From: a virus
Strand: one strand, 5' to 3'
Length of the DNA stretch: 64,000 nt
IMG/VR virus record: IMGVR_UViG_3300046794_000505
Location: 21,777 to 85,776 of that record
This document shows positions 54,107 to 62,444 of the stretch, piece by piece. The notes under the pieces are model-generated. The model did no database searches and was not told the origin of the DNA. It worked only from the letters and a program-made list of their open reading frames with translations. A program made the translations under genes and the position numbers. The number at the start of each line of letters is the position of its first letter. The stretch's first letter is position 1.

Positions 54107-54961
54107 ATGGCCTACTTCAATATCAACGTCGATGTCTCCCCCCTGCTGAACCTTGCTCCGACCTTGAGCAAGGAGATTTTTCCACGACTGCATGAAGCCG
54201 TCGGTGCAGTCGCGGCTGCCGCACACCGGGACTGGAGTGCCGCAGTGATGAATGCTCCGCTCTGGTCAAAGGAGCGTGAGGAGTACGCTAAGTCGATCAC
54301 CTGGGATTACACGGGGGCATTCAAGGCTGAAGTCATTGCCACCTATAAATACGCCAATGACATCGAGACAGGACGCCCGGAGCGCGATCTGAAAAAGATG
54401 CTCGATACGAGCCTGAAGGTTCGCCGGACCGCCAGCGGGAAACGATTCCTGATCATCCCGTTTCGCCATAACACGCCAGGCAACAATGCCAGCGGCAGTG
54501 CGATGCCATTCGCGGTCTATGAACAGGCGCGGGAACTGGCGAAGTCACTAATCACCGGGAAGGGCGAACGACTGGCAGGCCAGACTGTGCACCTAATTCC
54601 AGGCGCCGGCATGGTGATCGCCCGCAAACAACCGCAGTTCGCCTCCGACCCAAAAACCATGGGGCGATCCGTCGTTCCGCAGCGCGATTACCAGTGGGGC
54701 GGCGCACTCAAGCGCGGTGATCTGTCTAGTCTCGGCAAGGATGTGAAGAACAAATATGCGGGGATGGTGCGGATGGAGACTTCATCCGGCAAGCAGACTA
54801 GCAGCTCCTACATGACGTTCCGCGTGATGATGGAAGGCTCGAGCGGTTGGATCGTTCCGGCAAAGCCTGGCCTGTTCCTGGCCAAACAAGTCGCCGAACG
54901 CATGACACCGCTGGCAGAGGAAGTATTCCGCGAAGCCGTGAAGCTGGATCTCGGAGGCTAA
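54107..54961 (+). CDS. neck/tail-completion protein, inverted relative to its module
   Basis: 'E.G....DLK..L..S.K.R....G.RFLIIPF...Y.TFR...S.GWI.P' resembles K/SPO1-like neck proteins. Confidence 0.6.
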   Translation: MAYFNINVDVSPLLNLAPTLSKEIFPRLHEAVGAVAAAAHRDWSAAVMNAPLWSKEREEYAKSITWDYTGAFKAEVIATYKYANDIETGRPERDLKKMLDTSLKVRRTASGKRFLIIPFRHNTPGNNASGSAMPFAVYEQARELAKSLITGKGERLAGQTVHLIPGAGMVIARKQPQFASDPKTMGRSVVPQRDYQWGGALKRGDLSSLGKDVKNKYAGMVRMETSSGKQTSSSYMTFRVMMEGSSGWIVPAKPGLFLAKQVAERMTPLAEEVFREAVKLDLGG

Positions 54962-55605
54962 GCCCCGCTCTCTACTCGACCCAACAGATCGAATTTGCGC
55001 AGCACCACTTTGCGCGGGAGTCGCGCGCCAGCATGATGGGCTCGGTCTTGGGGGAAGTCCTGGAAGCAGAAGTACTCCGGAATACGGCGCCCGGTGATGC
55101 TATATATGATCCCCATTGGCGGCTCACCAAAAGCCCAGGTCAGCGAGCCGTCGTCAGCCACATTAGGAATTTCTCCCTCAACAATCTGCTTGTTCTCATC
55201 CAGCCAAAAAATACGGCTGATCGATACAGCGGCAAACCACAACCTGTCATTGCCCCCACGGGTCAACCCGAAAGAGAACGGCTCCGAACTGTTTAGCATG
55301 GACGCCCGGTCAAACTCGCCAATATCGTAGATTGGCGAATCACTGGGGATAGTCAGCACCACATCCCCAGCCTGGAACAATCCAAAGTCTGCCCACTGGC
55401 GCTGGATCTTCATCCCGGCGATGCCCGACATGCCTTGCTGCTCTGCACTCCAGATGTGGCCGCGCCCCAGGCACTGAGGGCAATCGGGATCGGCTGCCCC
55501 ATAGCCGACCAGGGTACACGGACAAACGAAAGACGGACGCCATCCGAACAGCTGCCCCAAATCATTCAGATGGGCATTGAACTCATCAGGATTGAGATGC
55601 ATCAC
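54958..55605 (-). CDS. head completion/stopper protein
   Basis: 'G....W..S..CPC.......P.C..C.GRG...DR'. Confidence 0.6.
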   Translation of the reverse strand: MMHLNPDEFNAHLNDLGQLFGWRPSFVCPCTLVGYGAADPDCPQCLGRGHIWSAEQQGMSGIAGMKIQRQWADFGLFQAGDVVLTIPSDSPIYDIGEFDRASMLNSSEPFSFGLTRGGNDRLWFAAVSISRIFWLDENKQIVEGEIPNVADDGSLTWAFGEPPMGIIYSITGRRIPEYFCFQDFPQDRAHHAGARLPRKVVLRKFDLLGRVESGA

Positions 55606-55772
55606 AGTGCGCGACCATCCGGCAGCGGCCGGTGCAATGGCTGAACCTCAGCGAAATCGAAGCGTTTTTCCATTGGCTCATGAATGGGCTCAAAGCGGCC
55701 GTCACCGATGTAACGCAGGCGCTGGCCATTCATTGTGATCTCATCACCGATTGCCAACTGTCGAGCATCCAT
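55602..55772 (-). CDS. hypothetical protein (56 aa)
   Basis: TGATG and GTGA couplings fill the gap exactly. Confidence 0.45.
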   Translation of the reverse strand: MDARQLAIGDEITMNGQRLRYIGDGRFEPIHEPMEKRFDFAEVQPLHRPLPDGRAL

Positions 55773-56545
55773 CACATGATCACCGCGCTACGGATGCCAT
55801 GGATTTCAGCCATCAGGCCGCCGTTGCTGCCCTTCGGCCCATTGAGTTCGTAGTCGATCTGATCCTGGAACTTGCTGGTCTCGACACTCATCGATCGCGA
55901 CAGACCATCAGCACTAATGCTGCCGCTGGCCGGGATGAAGGCCCCCAAAATAATCTTGAGCCCGGCCATCATCTTGATCAGGTCGATTAAGTTCGGATAA
56001 TCGTTAAAAACGTCTTTCAGGCCGGCAGTGTAGGTCACCCTAATCATGTGCGGGATGGTTCGGCCGCCGCCCAAGGCCTGCATAATATAAGCACCCAGCG
56101 GGGCCATGAATGCCTGGCTTGAAGGAACCATCCGGATATGCCCGTACTTCTTGTCGAGACGCAGCCAGTCATCCGGGACACGCAGAATTGATTGCGTGGG
56201 CGCGGGATAAGCGAATTCAATCTTGTCGACCGCAATGATTGGGCTCTGACGGGTGATGATGTAACCCCAGCGCTCATTTGTGAAGAAGTCAGGGTCATAA
56301 TCATATGCCGGCTCTTCAGCCCAAGGCATATTGGTTGGCTCCTCGCTCGGATTGTGTCCGAACGGCAGAACCTTAGTCGGCTGAAGAAAGACCCGCAACT
56401 TTTGTGCGGCATCCGCTTCAGCAGCCAGGACCTTGTGCCAGATAAAATCATCCGACAGCGTCACCCCGGCAAGATAAGTGCGAATGGCTGCTGCCAGCCA
56501 ATCGCGCATCTCCGCAACGATTGCATCCTTCACGAAGATGGACAT
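55772..56545 (-). CDS. head-tail adaptor protein
   Basis: 'EE..YDY....F....WG......PI...P..I.VTY.AG...SISADGLS.S'. Confidence 0.65.
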   Translation of the reverse strand: MSIFVKDAIVAEMRDWLAAAIRTYLAGVTLSDDFIWHKVLAAEADAAQKLRVFLQPTKVLPFGHNPSEEPTNMPWAEEPAYDYDPDFFTNERWGYIITRQSPIIAVDKIEFAYPAPTQSILRVPDDWLRLDKKYGHIRMVPSSQAFMAPLGAYIMQALGGGRTIPHMIRVTYTAGLKDVFNDYPNLIDLIKMMAGLKIILGAFIPASGSISADGLSRSMSVETSKFQDQIDYELNGPKGSNGGLMAEIHGIRSAVIM

Positions 56546-56549
56546 AGGG

Positions 56550-56762
56550 TTACGCCAAACGACTTTGCAGAGTGGCGATGCCCAGCAGCGCGGTATAGTT
56601 GGTGTCAGTGACACCGGCATCCGCGTCGAGTTTCGCGCAGAGCGCGTTGTGGTTGGTGATCAGATCATTGAGCACATTGCCCAACTTGATGTAGTCAGCT
56701 ACGGGCACCATGTTGTTGACCATGCTGACGGCATCACGGGTGCTACGGCCTGCAGAGCTCAT
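56550..56762 (-). CDS. small hypothetical virion protein
   Basis: Operon context. Confidence 0.5.
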   Translation of the reverse strand: MSSAGRSTRDAVSMVNNMVPVADYIKLGNVLNDLITNHNALCAKLDADAGVTDTNYTALLGIATLQSRLA

Positions 56763-56765
56763 GTT

Positions 56766-57098
56766 TTACGCCTCGGTTTCTGGGGTTTTAGTGGTATCGA
56801 CAGGCGCGTCCGGTGTCGCCGAGTCCATCACTACTGGAATGGTAGGAGTGGTAGGAGGGGCGGCAGGTCCATTACCGGCGGCATCTTTGAGAGCCTGCTT
56901 CTCGGCCTTGAGGCGAGCCTTTTTATCAGCGGCCGATTCACCAGTAGCGTCCTCAAAACCCTGAATGGACAGGAAAAGTGCTGCCATGTCTTCTGGCACG
57001 TCGTCGATGGAAACAACACCACCATCAACGTCTACAGCGAATTTGATGCCGTTCATCTCTTCGGAGGCGTTCGGCAAAATGCAACGAATTTTGGTCAT
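56766..57098 (-). CDS. hypothetical protein after capsid gene
   Basis: GGAG SD; operon context. Confidence 0.55.
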   Translation of the reverse strand: MTKIRCILPNASEEMNGIKFAVDVDGGVVSIDDVPEDMAALFLSIQGFEDATGESAADKKARLKAEKQALKDAAGNGPAAPPTTPTIPVVMDSATPDAPVDTTKTPETEA

Positions 57099-57158
57099 CT
57101 GATATCTCCCAGTAAGAACGCCCCGATCGGGGCGCTCCTATTCAGCCAATCACCGCGG

Positions 57159-58604
57159 TTAAACGGTGAATGGACGCCAGACTGCACCGTTCGGCACGAT
57201 GTTTTTGATCACAACGTGGTGCTTACGCTTGGCAATTCGCAGGTAGCCGAACATCAGCTGAGCCCATGGGATGGTGGCGCTTACGGTTGGGTACAGCGGG
57301 AACTTCAGCATCGGCAACAGCTGACGCCAGTTGATCGCGGAATCACCTGGGTTGCAGTTGAGGATGTAGGCGCTGGTGGCGCCCGGGATGTCGCGGTTGA
57401 AGTCGGTGTACACGGTAGTTGCACCAGCCTTCGCCACACGAGCCATCTGCCGGAAGTCAGTCACAGCGTTGGTGCCGTTCTGGCGGCCGCGATAGATCAC
57501 GTAGCCAGTTTCAGCGCCGCCGACCGATGCCGTAATGGTCAGTGCAACCTTCTTGCCTGCCGCTACCGTCACTTGGGTGGAGATAACCCCGGTGGATTGG
57601 CCGCTGGCATTGATGCCAGTGACCAGGTAGTAGTAGTTGCCAGCGCGCGCGGCGGTGAACTGCGACGACGCATCGGTCACAGTAGCGTCAGGAGTCACGC
57701 TCACTGGCTTGAAGACATCGTTGGTCACAGCCAGAGAGGCGAAACCCACCTGAAACGGCATCTGCTGCGCTTCGTCACGGATGAATACGTCCGGCACGGC
57801 GGCGACATTGCCCCAGCTTGTACGGATGCCAGAAACCGGCGAGCCGAGCATGATGCTGTTCGGCTGGTTGTCCAGCGCTACACGCCAGGCCGGATCGAGA
57901 CCGGTGTCGAAGTCGGCCTGGGTCGATTGCGACATGAACAGGTGGGTCGGCGTACCGAAGTTTCCGTAGCCGCTGATGGTCGCGGCGCCCTTGTTGATCA
58001 GGTCGATGCTCGCCAGGCTTGCGCCTTGGGCATCCAGTACGTGATCGGGGCTGCCGAGGCTGTTGATCTGAACCTCGATACCGTCGAACTCGGTCGGAAC
58101 CACCGAGGAATCGCCTTCGAAGCACAGGAACTCGGCATCGGTCAGCAGCTGCTTGGCACCGTTCTGCTGCTCGACAGCTTCCGAGTCAGCGATGGTGTTT
58201 TGCAGCGATTGAACCAGAGTCACTTCGCGACGGGTCATCAGGTACTTCACAGTACCCACGCGGCGAGCGTAGTCGCCGGTTGCCGCGGCAATAGTGCCGG
58301 ATTCGGTGTTGGTCGAACCACCGAGGAAACCACCGACGCCGGACTGTTCGGTCCATTCGTCCACGGTCGCCGTCGCGTTACCTTTGGCGATCAGATTGAA
58401 CAGACGGAAGTGCTTGTTCTCCTGAATGGTCGACATCATGGTTTTGTCGAGGGACTGGATGCGGAGCGCGCCGCCACCGGTCAGCGTAGCAACGTCAGTG
58501 CCGTAACCGGCAGAGAGTGCTTTACGCAGTTCGGCGATGCTTTCCATCCCCATGTCGCCGGTGGTCGAAGAACCGGCAGCCAAATTTGGCAGATTGATGT
58601 TCAT
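57159..58604 (-). CDS. major capsid protein (SPO1/K/A511-like)
   Basis: 'KA..AGYG......GALR..SLD', 'KY', 'F.GD....EFDG', 'FGT.T..M', 'LLPM.K.PL', 'IKNI' colinear with phage K-type MCP. Confidence 0.9.
   Translation of the reverse strand: MNINLPNLAAGSSTTGDMGMESIAELRKALSAGYGTDVATLTGGGALRIQSLDKTMMSTIQENKHFRLFNLIAKGNATATVDEWTEQSGVGGFLGGSTNTESGTIAAATGDYARRVGTVKYLMTRREVTLVQSLQNTIADSEAVEQQNGAKQLLTDAEFLCFEGDSSVVPTEFDGIEVQINSLGSPDHVLDAQGASLASIDLINKGAATISGYGNFGTPTHLFMSQSTQADFDTGLDPAWRVALDNQPNSIMLGSPVSGIRTSWGNVAAVPDVFIRDEAQQMPFQVGFASLAVTNDVFKPVSVTPDATVTDASSQFTAARAGNYYYLVTGINASGQSTGVISTQVTVAAGKKVALTITASVGGAETGYVIYRGRQNGTNAVTDFRQMARVAKAGATTVYTDFNRDIPGATSAYILNCNPGDSAINWRQLLPMLKFPLYPTVSATIPWAQLMFGYLRIAKRKHHVVIKNIVPNGAVWRPFTV
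58468..58511. repeat. 44-bp perfect direct repeat, copy 1 (MCP N-terminus)
   Basis: GCGCCGCCACCGGTCAGCGTAGCAACGTCAGTGCCGTAACCGGC. Confidence 0.9.
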
Positions 58605-58644
58605 TTATTACCCCTGTTGCAGGATTTAAGATTTGGCAGCCGGT

Positions 58645-59304
58645 TTAGGCCATTACTTTGGTGCGGATATCCGCTGGGATTTCCAGACCGCGGTTCAGAT
58701 ACGACTCGGCACGCGATACGTCCAGGCCGGAGAGCTTCCCCTGTTCCTGAAGCGAGAGTGCTTTCGCCATGAATTCTTCTGGAGCCATGCCGGTCGGTTC
58801 GGACTTCGCCAGCGAAGCCGGATCAACTTTGTCGACAAGGGTCACAGCGGTTTTGCGACCGCGGCCAGCATTAGCCAGGCGGGTTACGTCGGCCTGCAAG
58901 GACTTGATCATGTCGCCCTGGGTTTTGATGGTGCCGACGGTGATTTCCAACGCCTTGGTCAAGGCAGTTTCAACGCCGTCCTGACGCGCACCGAGGGCCT
59001 TCAGCATTTCGGTAGCATCGAAGGCTTGAACCTGAGTGCCGTCTTCGAGGGTCAGGTCGAACGACTTGCCCATCGGCTCGTCGTCTTTGTCATCTTTCTT
59101 GTCAGCCGGGTTACCGGTCGCGTCGACCTTGCCGTCGTCATCCAAGTCGCCATTGCCCTTGTCATCGGCAGCGGCAGCAATATTTTTGTCATCAGCCTTG
59201 TCATCGGCAGGGACGTAGGATTTTTGCAGTGCTTCGCCTTCGCCCTTCAGGGCGGTGAGATCGGCGAGCAGCGCGTCAAACGGATTTGCAGTAGTGCCAG
59301 TCAT
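58645..59304 (-). CDS. putative capsid scaffold protein
   Basis: Between protease and MCP; D/K-rich, coiled coil, repeated K-S/K-A sites. Confidence 0.65.
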   Translation of the reverse strand: MTGTTANPFDALLADLTALKGEGEALQKSYVPADDKADDKNIAAAADDKGNGDLDDDGKVDATGNPADKKDDKDDEPMGKSFDLTLEDGTQVQAFDATEMLKALGARQDGVETALTKALEITVGTIKTQGDMIKSLQADVTRLANAGRGRKTAVTLVDKVDPASLAKSEPTGMAPEEFMAKALSLQEQGKLSGLDVSRAESYLNRGLEIPADIRTKVMA

Positions 59305-60215
59305 GATTTACTCCGGTTTTTCAGCTCGGTATTAAGGTCGCGCATGAAGCGCTCTACGGTTTTCGCCGCTTCATCCAGCGACACTCCGAACGTCTTGGCG
59401 GCATACTCAACGAGTTGTCGCGCGCCAGGGTTCTTACCGGCACTCCCGTCTTTGAGGGCGCTGGCGAGTTTGTTGCGGAAGTCCCAGTAGTTGGCCGGGG
59501 CTCCGTGGAGGCTTTGGGTGCGCATGGCGCCGCCACCGGTCAGCGTAGCAACGTCAGTGCCGTAACCGGCCTCCAGGGTTTTGGCCATGACAAAACCGTT
59601 CAACGATTTGGCGAACACGCCAATCGGAGCGGTATTGATTTCGGAAACTGATTTATTGACGGGGCAGCGATCGAGCGCGATGTTGTTCCAGCGAACTTCC
59701 TCGATCACCGCAACACGCTGCTGGGTTGCTGGATCGAACTGGACTGATTTCGACAGGACCGCACCACCAACAGACGGATACCAGCGCATCGGTGGTTGCT
59801 GGGATGTCAGGCTCTCCCACACCATGTTGGCATTGCGCGCCTGGGGCGAGTCGCCGCGATAGAGCTGGGCCTTCACGAAGGTCTTCTTGCCATTCATCCT
59901 GACCTCAACCGGCTTGCCGATCTCGTATTCAAGATGGTTCGGGATGCCGGCTTTCGGCCCCATGATCGAGTAGTGCGACAGGTCGATGTTGCCATGGCGC
60001 AGGTAATAGTCAGACGAAGCCTTGAGCGCCTTTTGCAGAACGATTTCGTTCTGGTGATCGACGTCTTCGTTACTCGCTTCCAAATAGATGAAGCGCTCGC
60101 CGTCCTCGCTGGAGGGCGTAGCTTTGAGCAGTCCACCCACGCTGATAAAGCCGGGGATACCTGCTAGAAGTTCTTCATCGTTCGCGGTCAACGTGGTTGC
60201 GCCTGTGTCGTTCAT
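59301..60215 (-). CDS. prohead protease
   Basis: 'I..EAS....D.QNEIV...L.HGNID..H...IG.P...FVKAQLY...SVGG...IAL...PVN'. Confidence 0.75.
   Translation of the reverse strand: MNDTGATTLTANDEELLAGIPGFISVGGLLKATPSSEDGERFIYLEASNEDVDHQNEIVLQKALKASSDYYLRHGNIDLSHYSIMGPKAGIPNHLEYEIGKPVEVRMNGKKTFVKAQLYRGDSPQARNANMVWESLTSQQPPMRWYPSVGGAVLSKSVQFDPATQQRVAVIEEVRWNNIALDRCPVNKSVSEINTAPIGVFAKSLNGFVMAKTLEAGYGTDVATLTGGGAMRTQSLHGAPANYWDFRNKLASALKDGSAGKNPGARQLVEYAAKTFGVSLDEAAKTVERFMRDLNTELKNRSKS
59527..59570. repeat. 44-bp perfect direct repeat, copy 2 (protease C-terminal part)
   Basis: Identical to 58468-58511. Confidence 0.9.
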
Positions 60216-60222
60216 GGCTTGG

Positions 60223-60238
60223 ATTCTGCTGTCACGAC
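60223..60238 (-). promoter_or_regulatory. putative late promoter GTCGTGAC-AG-CAGAAT, leaderless
   Basis: Ends 7 nt before ATG 60215; no SD. Confidence 0.7.
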
Positions 60239-60337
60239 TGCGGAGCTGGTCATCTGCCGGTCAGCGGACCGGGCGCACGTGTACAGGCCGGCTACTTTGG
60301 CCAGCTGCTGGTGCACGTTCTCGATGGTGTCACGCAT

Positions 60338-60365
60338 AAAAAAATCCCCGCTCAATGGCGGGGAT
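60338..60365 (-). terminator. rho-independent terminator
   Basis: ATCCCCGC-CATTGA-GCGGGGAT plus T run. Confidence 0.7.
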
Positions 60366-60379
60366 CATGGGATCACGAC
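60364..60379 (-). promoter_or_regulatory. putative late promoter element GTCGTGAT-CC-CATGAT
   Basis: Motif copy abutting the terminator stem. Confidence 0.5.
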
Positions 60380-60477
60380 TTGTACGTCAGATCAGCGAGA
60401 GTTGACTCGCCTCATCCTTAGCGAACTGCTGGGCGTGCTGGATGCGCGCTTCGGCGATTGCCAGGGATCAGCACCCA

Positions 60478-61686
60478 TCAGATCACCTTCCATTCTTCGC
60501 GGCGACGTTTCATCAGGTCACAATATTTCTGATAGGCCGCGCTCTTGGTCGGACTGAAACCCAGGCCCTTGCACCAGTAGTCATTCTTCAAGAAAGTTTT
60601 CACGATCTTGCGCCAAGTCGGTACTTTACCTCTCGACTCCAAAGACTTGTCGGCCTGATCAGGGATGCCATCCGGGTAACCGCGCTTGCTCCACCACTTC
60701 AGGTACACGGCCAGTTTGTTCCGGTAATGCTCGGCCGTGGTCTTGGGCATCGTCTTCAGCAGGTGATGCGCAAAGCTTTCGTAGGTATGCCCCTCTGGCA
60801 GCGCCACGCTGTGATTGCCTAGAACCGCCCCTTTCTCGTTGCTGTACATCTTGCCGCTGTTGGCCCCCGCACAGCGCAGGACCACCTTCGCCCACATCCC
60901 AGGATCTACAACTTGGTACAGCCACAAGCCTTTGCGCGCCTCATCGCCGAACGGCTCGCAGATACGCATTTGACTGATCTTCATCCCGGCCTGGTGCATC
61001 CGGTCGTATAGGCGGTTGTACGGCAGTCCGGTCTTACCGTGGTAGCGCCAGATATCTTGGGTGCGCCAGTCGTAAATCGGATAAGCGTTCCACGCATCAC
61101 CGGCCACATTGGTGGTCCACATCTTGCCGTTAAAGGTCGGCTTGTCGGCGCGGGCCACGGTGCGGAAGCGGTTCAGGCTTTCGTCGGCACGAATACCCAC
61201 GAAACAAGCGCAGGTCTTGCCGTCGGCGTACCACTGCGCGAAGGCCGGCACGAATTCTTCAAACGGCATGCCCTCATAGTAAAACGGATAGGCGCCTTTA
61301 TCTGTCACGCTCATGGCGTCTGGCAAGCGTACCCAAAGGTCACGCTTGCTCTCGCCCCAGGCCGTCCATTCAGGCTCAATCTGGCTACAGGCGTTCCACG
61401 TCTTGATCGGCAGGGCGACCCAGTGCAGCTCGATCCACTCGGCGTACAGTTCGAACATCTGCTTGGCGAAATCCACCGTAAGGCCAATCTGGCATTCCCA
61501 GTCGATGAACAGGATGCCAATCTTCTGGTTGCGTTTTTTGGCCTCATCCATCACCAAGTGCAGCATAACCGTCGAGTCTTTTCCGGCGCTGAACGACAGG
61601 TAAATCTTTTCGAAGTGATCGAAGGTGTAGACGATCCGCTCCCTAGCCGCGACCAGTACATTTATTCCCAGTCCGCGCTTAGGCAT
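60478..61686 (-). CDS. ibrA: IbrA-like PP-loop protein (PAPS-reductase fold, DUF3440)
   Basis: SFSAGKDS, FIDWE, VGIRADESLNR, YPIYDW...DIW, YN.LYD.M..AG....MRIC.PF. Confidence 0.85.
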   Translation of the reverse strand: MPKRGLGINVLVAARERIVYTFDHFEKIYLSFSAGKDSTVMLHLVMDEAKKRNQKIGILFIDWECQIGLTVDFAKQMFELYAEWIELHWVALPIKTWNACSQIEPEWTAWGESKRDLWVRLPDAMSVTDKGAYPFYYEGMPFEEFVPAFAQWYADGKTCACFVGIRADESLNRFRTVARADKPTFNGKMWTTNVAGDAWNAYPIYDWRTQDIWRYHGKTGLPYNRLYDRMHQAGMKISQMRICEPFGDEARKGLWLYQVVDPGMWAKVVLRCAGANSGKMYSNEKGAVLGNHSVALPEGHTYESFAHHLLKTMPKTTAEHYRNKLAVYLKWWSKRGYPDGIPDQADKSLESRGKVPTWRKIVKTFLKNDYWCKGLGFSPTKSAAYQKYCDLMKRRREEWKVI

Positions 61687-62056
61687 TTTTTATCACTCGG
61701 GTGAAATTTTTGGTTCGGCTAACCACTTCAAAGCCAGCCGAAAGGAACGCTGGCAGGCTGGACGCTGTGCAGGTCGCTCGGAAAACTGGCGCCGGCTCCA
61801 GCAGCACGCGGTTCAGGATCGACCTGAAGCGCCCCATCCCGCGATAGGCCGGTTTGACATAGCAATCCCCAATCAGGCCTCCACGCAGCGAGGCGCAGCC
61901 AATTAATAGTGAGCCATCGCGACAAACAAACCACTCCTTGTCGGCATCATCATAGACATGAATGCCGATCTCTTTAGCAGCCTCTCGACTGCCAAAGATT
62001 GGCCCCATCAAGCGGTAAAAGTCTTTTGAGTCACGCGACAACGGCACGACGTGCAT
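61679..62056 (-). CDS. GNAT-family acetyltransferase
   Basis: 'YVKPAYRGMG' acetyl-CoA motif A; 'S...F..AGF'. Confidence 0.65.
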   Translation of the reverse strand: MHVVPLSRDSKDFYRLMGPIFGSREAAKEIGIHVYDDADKEWFVCRDGSLLIGCASLRGGLIGDCYVKPAYRGMGRFRSILNRVLLEPAPVFRATCTASSLPAFLSAGFEVVSRTKNFTRVIKNA

Positions 62057-62444
62057 AGCTCTCTCCCCACTCATGAATCGCTTGATCAGCAACTGTATTG
62101 GCTGCGTCTTGTTGCTCCTGGCTCAGTGTGCGCCAACCCAGTCGCGTCATATCCTCCGATGCGCCGTGATTCAGTGCGCAGGCAGCCGCACCGATCCAGG
62201 CCTGGTGATTTATCACTGAGGCGGTCAAGTTGGATTCGCAGCTGTTCGGCCATTCTGCAATCACCCGCAGGCATGCCGCCTTGAAGCGCTTGCTGTCGAT
62301 CATCAGATCTGCCGACGCTTGAACTGCCTCGGCGCGCGCCTCAACATCCAGCGTTTTCCACATCGGCCCGTCATACTCTTCGCACTTCAGGTAGTGGTGA
62401 TAGACCCGCTTAAACTTGCGCTTCGTCAATTTCTTCTGCCTCAT
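62031..62444 (-). CDS. conserved hypothetical protein of the ibrAB cluster
   Basis: 'RVYHHY...EE....MW...WP.SC..NLT....N..AWIG.AA...E..TR..W..L...QQ..AN'; overlaps neighbours. Confidence 0.65.
   Translation of the reverse strand: MRQKKLTKRKFKRVYHHYLKCEEYDGPMWKTLDVEARAEAVQASADLMIDSKRFKAACLRVIAEWPNSCESNLTASVINHQAWIGAAACALNHGASEDMTRLGWRTLSQEQQDAANTVADQAIHEWGESYARRAVVA

Noticed and set aside
54059-54226. N-terminal extension of 53231-54226 as given by the ORF track
   Set aside because: It overlaps the divergent gene and both promoter motifs; ATG 54058 fits the leaderless pattern.
56478-58772. 764-aa plus-strand ORF
   Set aside because: Antisense shadow of the major capsid gene and neighbours; no motifs. 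The same applies to the many shorter antisense ORFs in the track.
60478-61686. CysH sulfate-assimilation auxiliary gene
   Set aside because: Length, DUF3440-type C-terminus and linkage to a ParB-domain gene match IbrA, not CysH.
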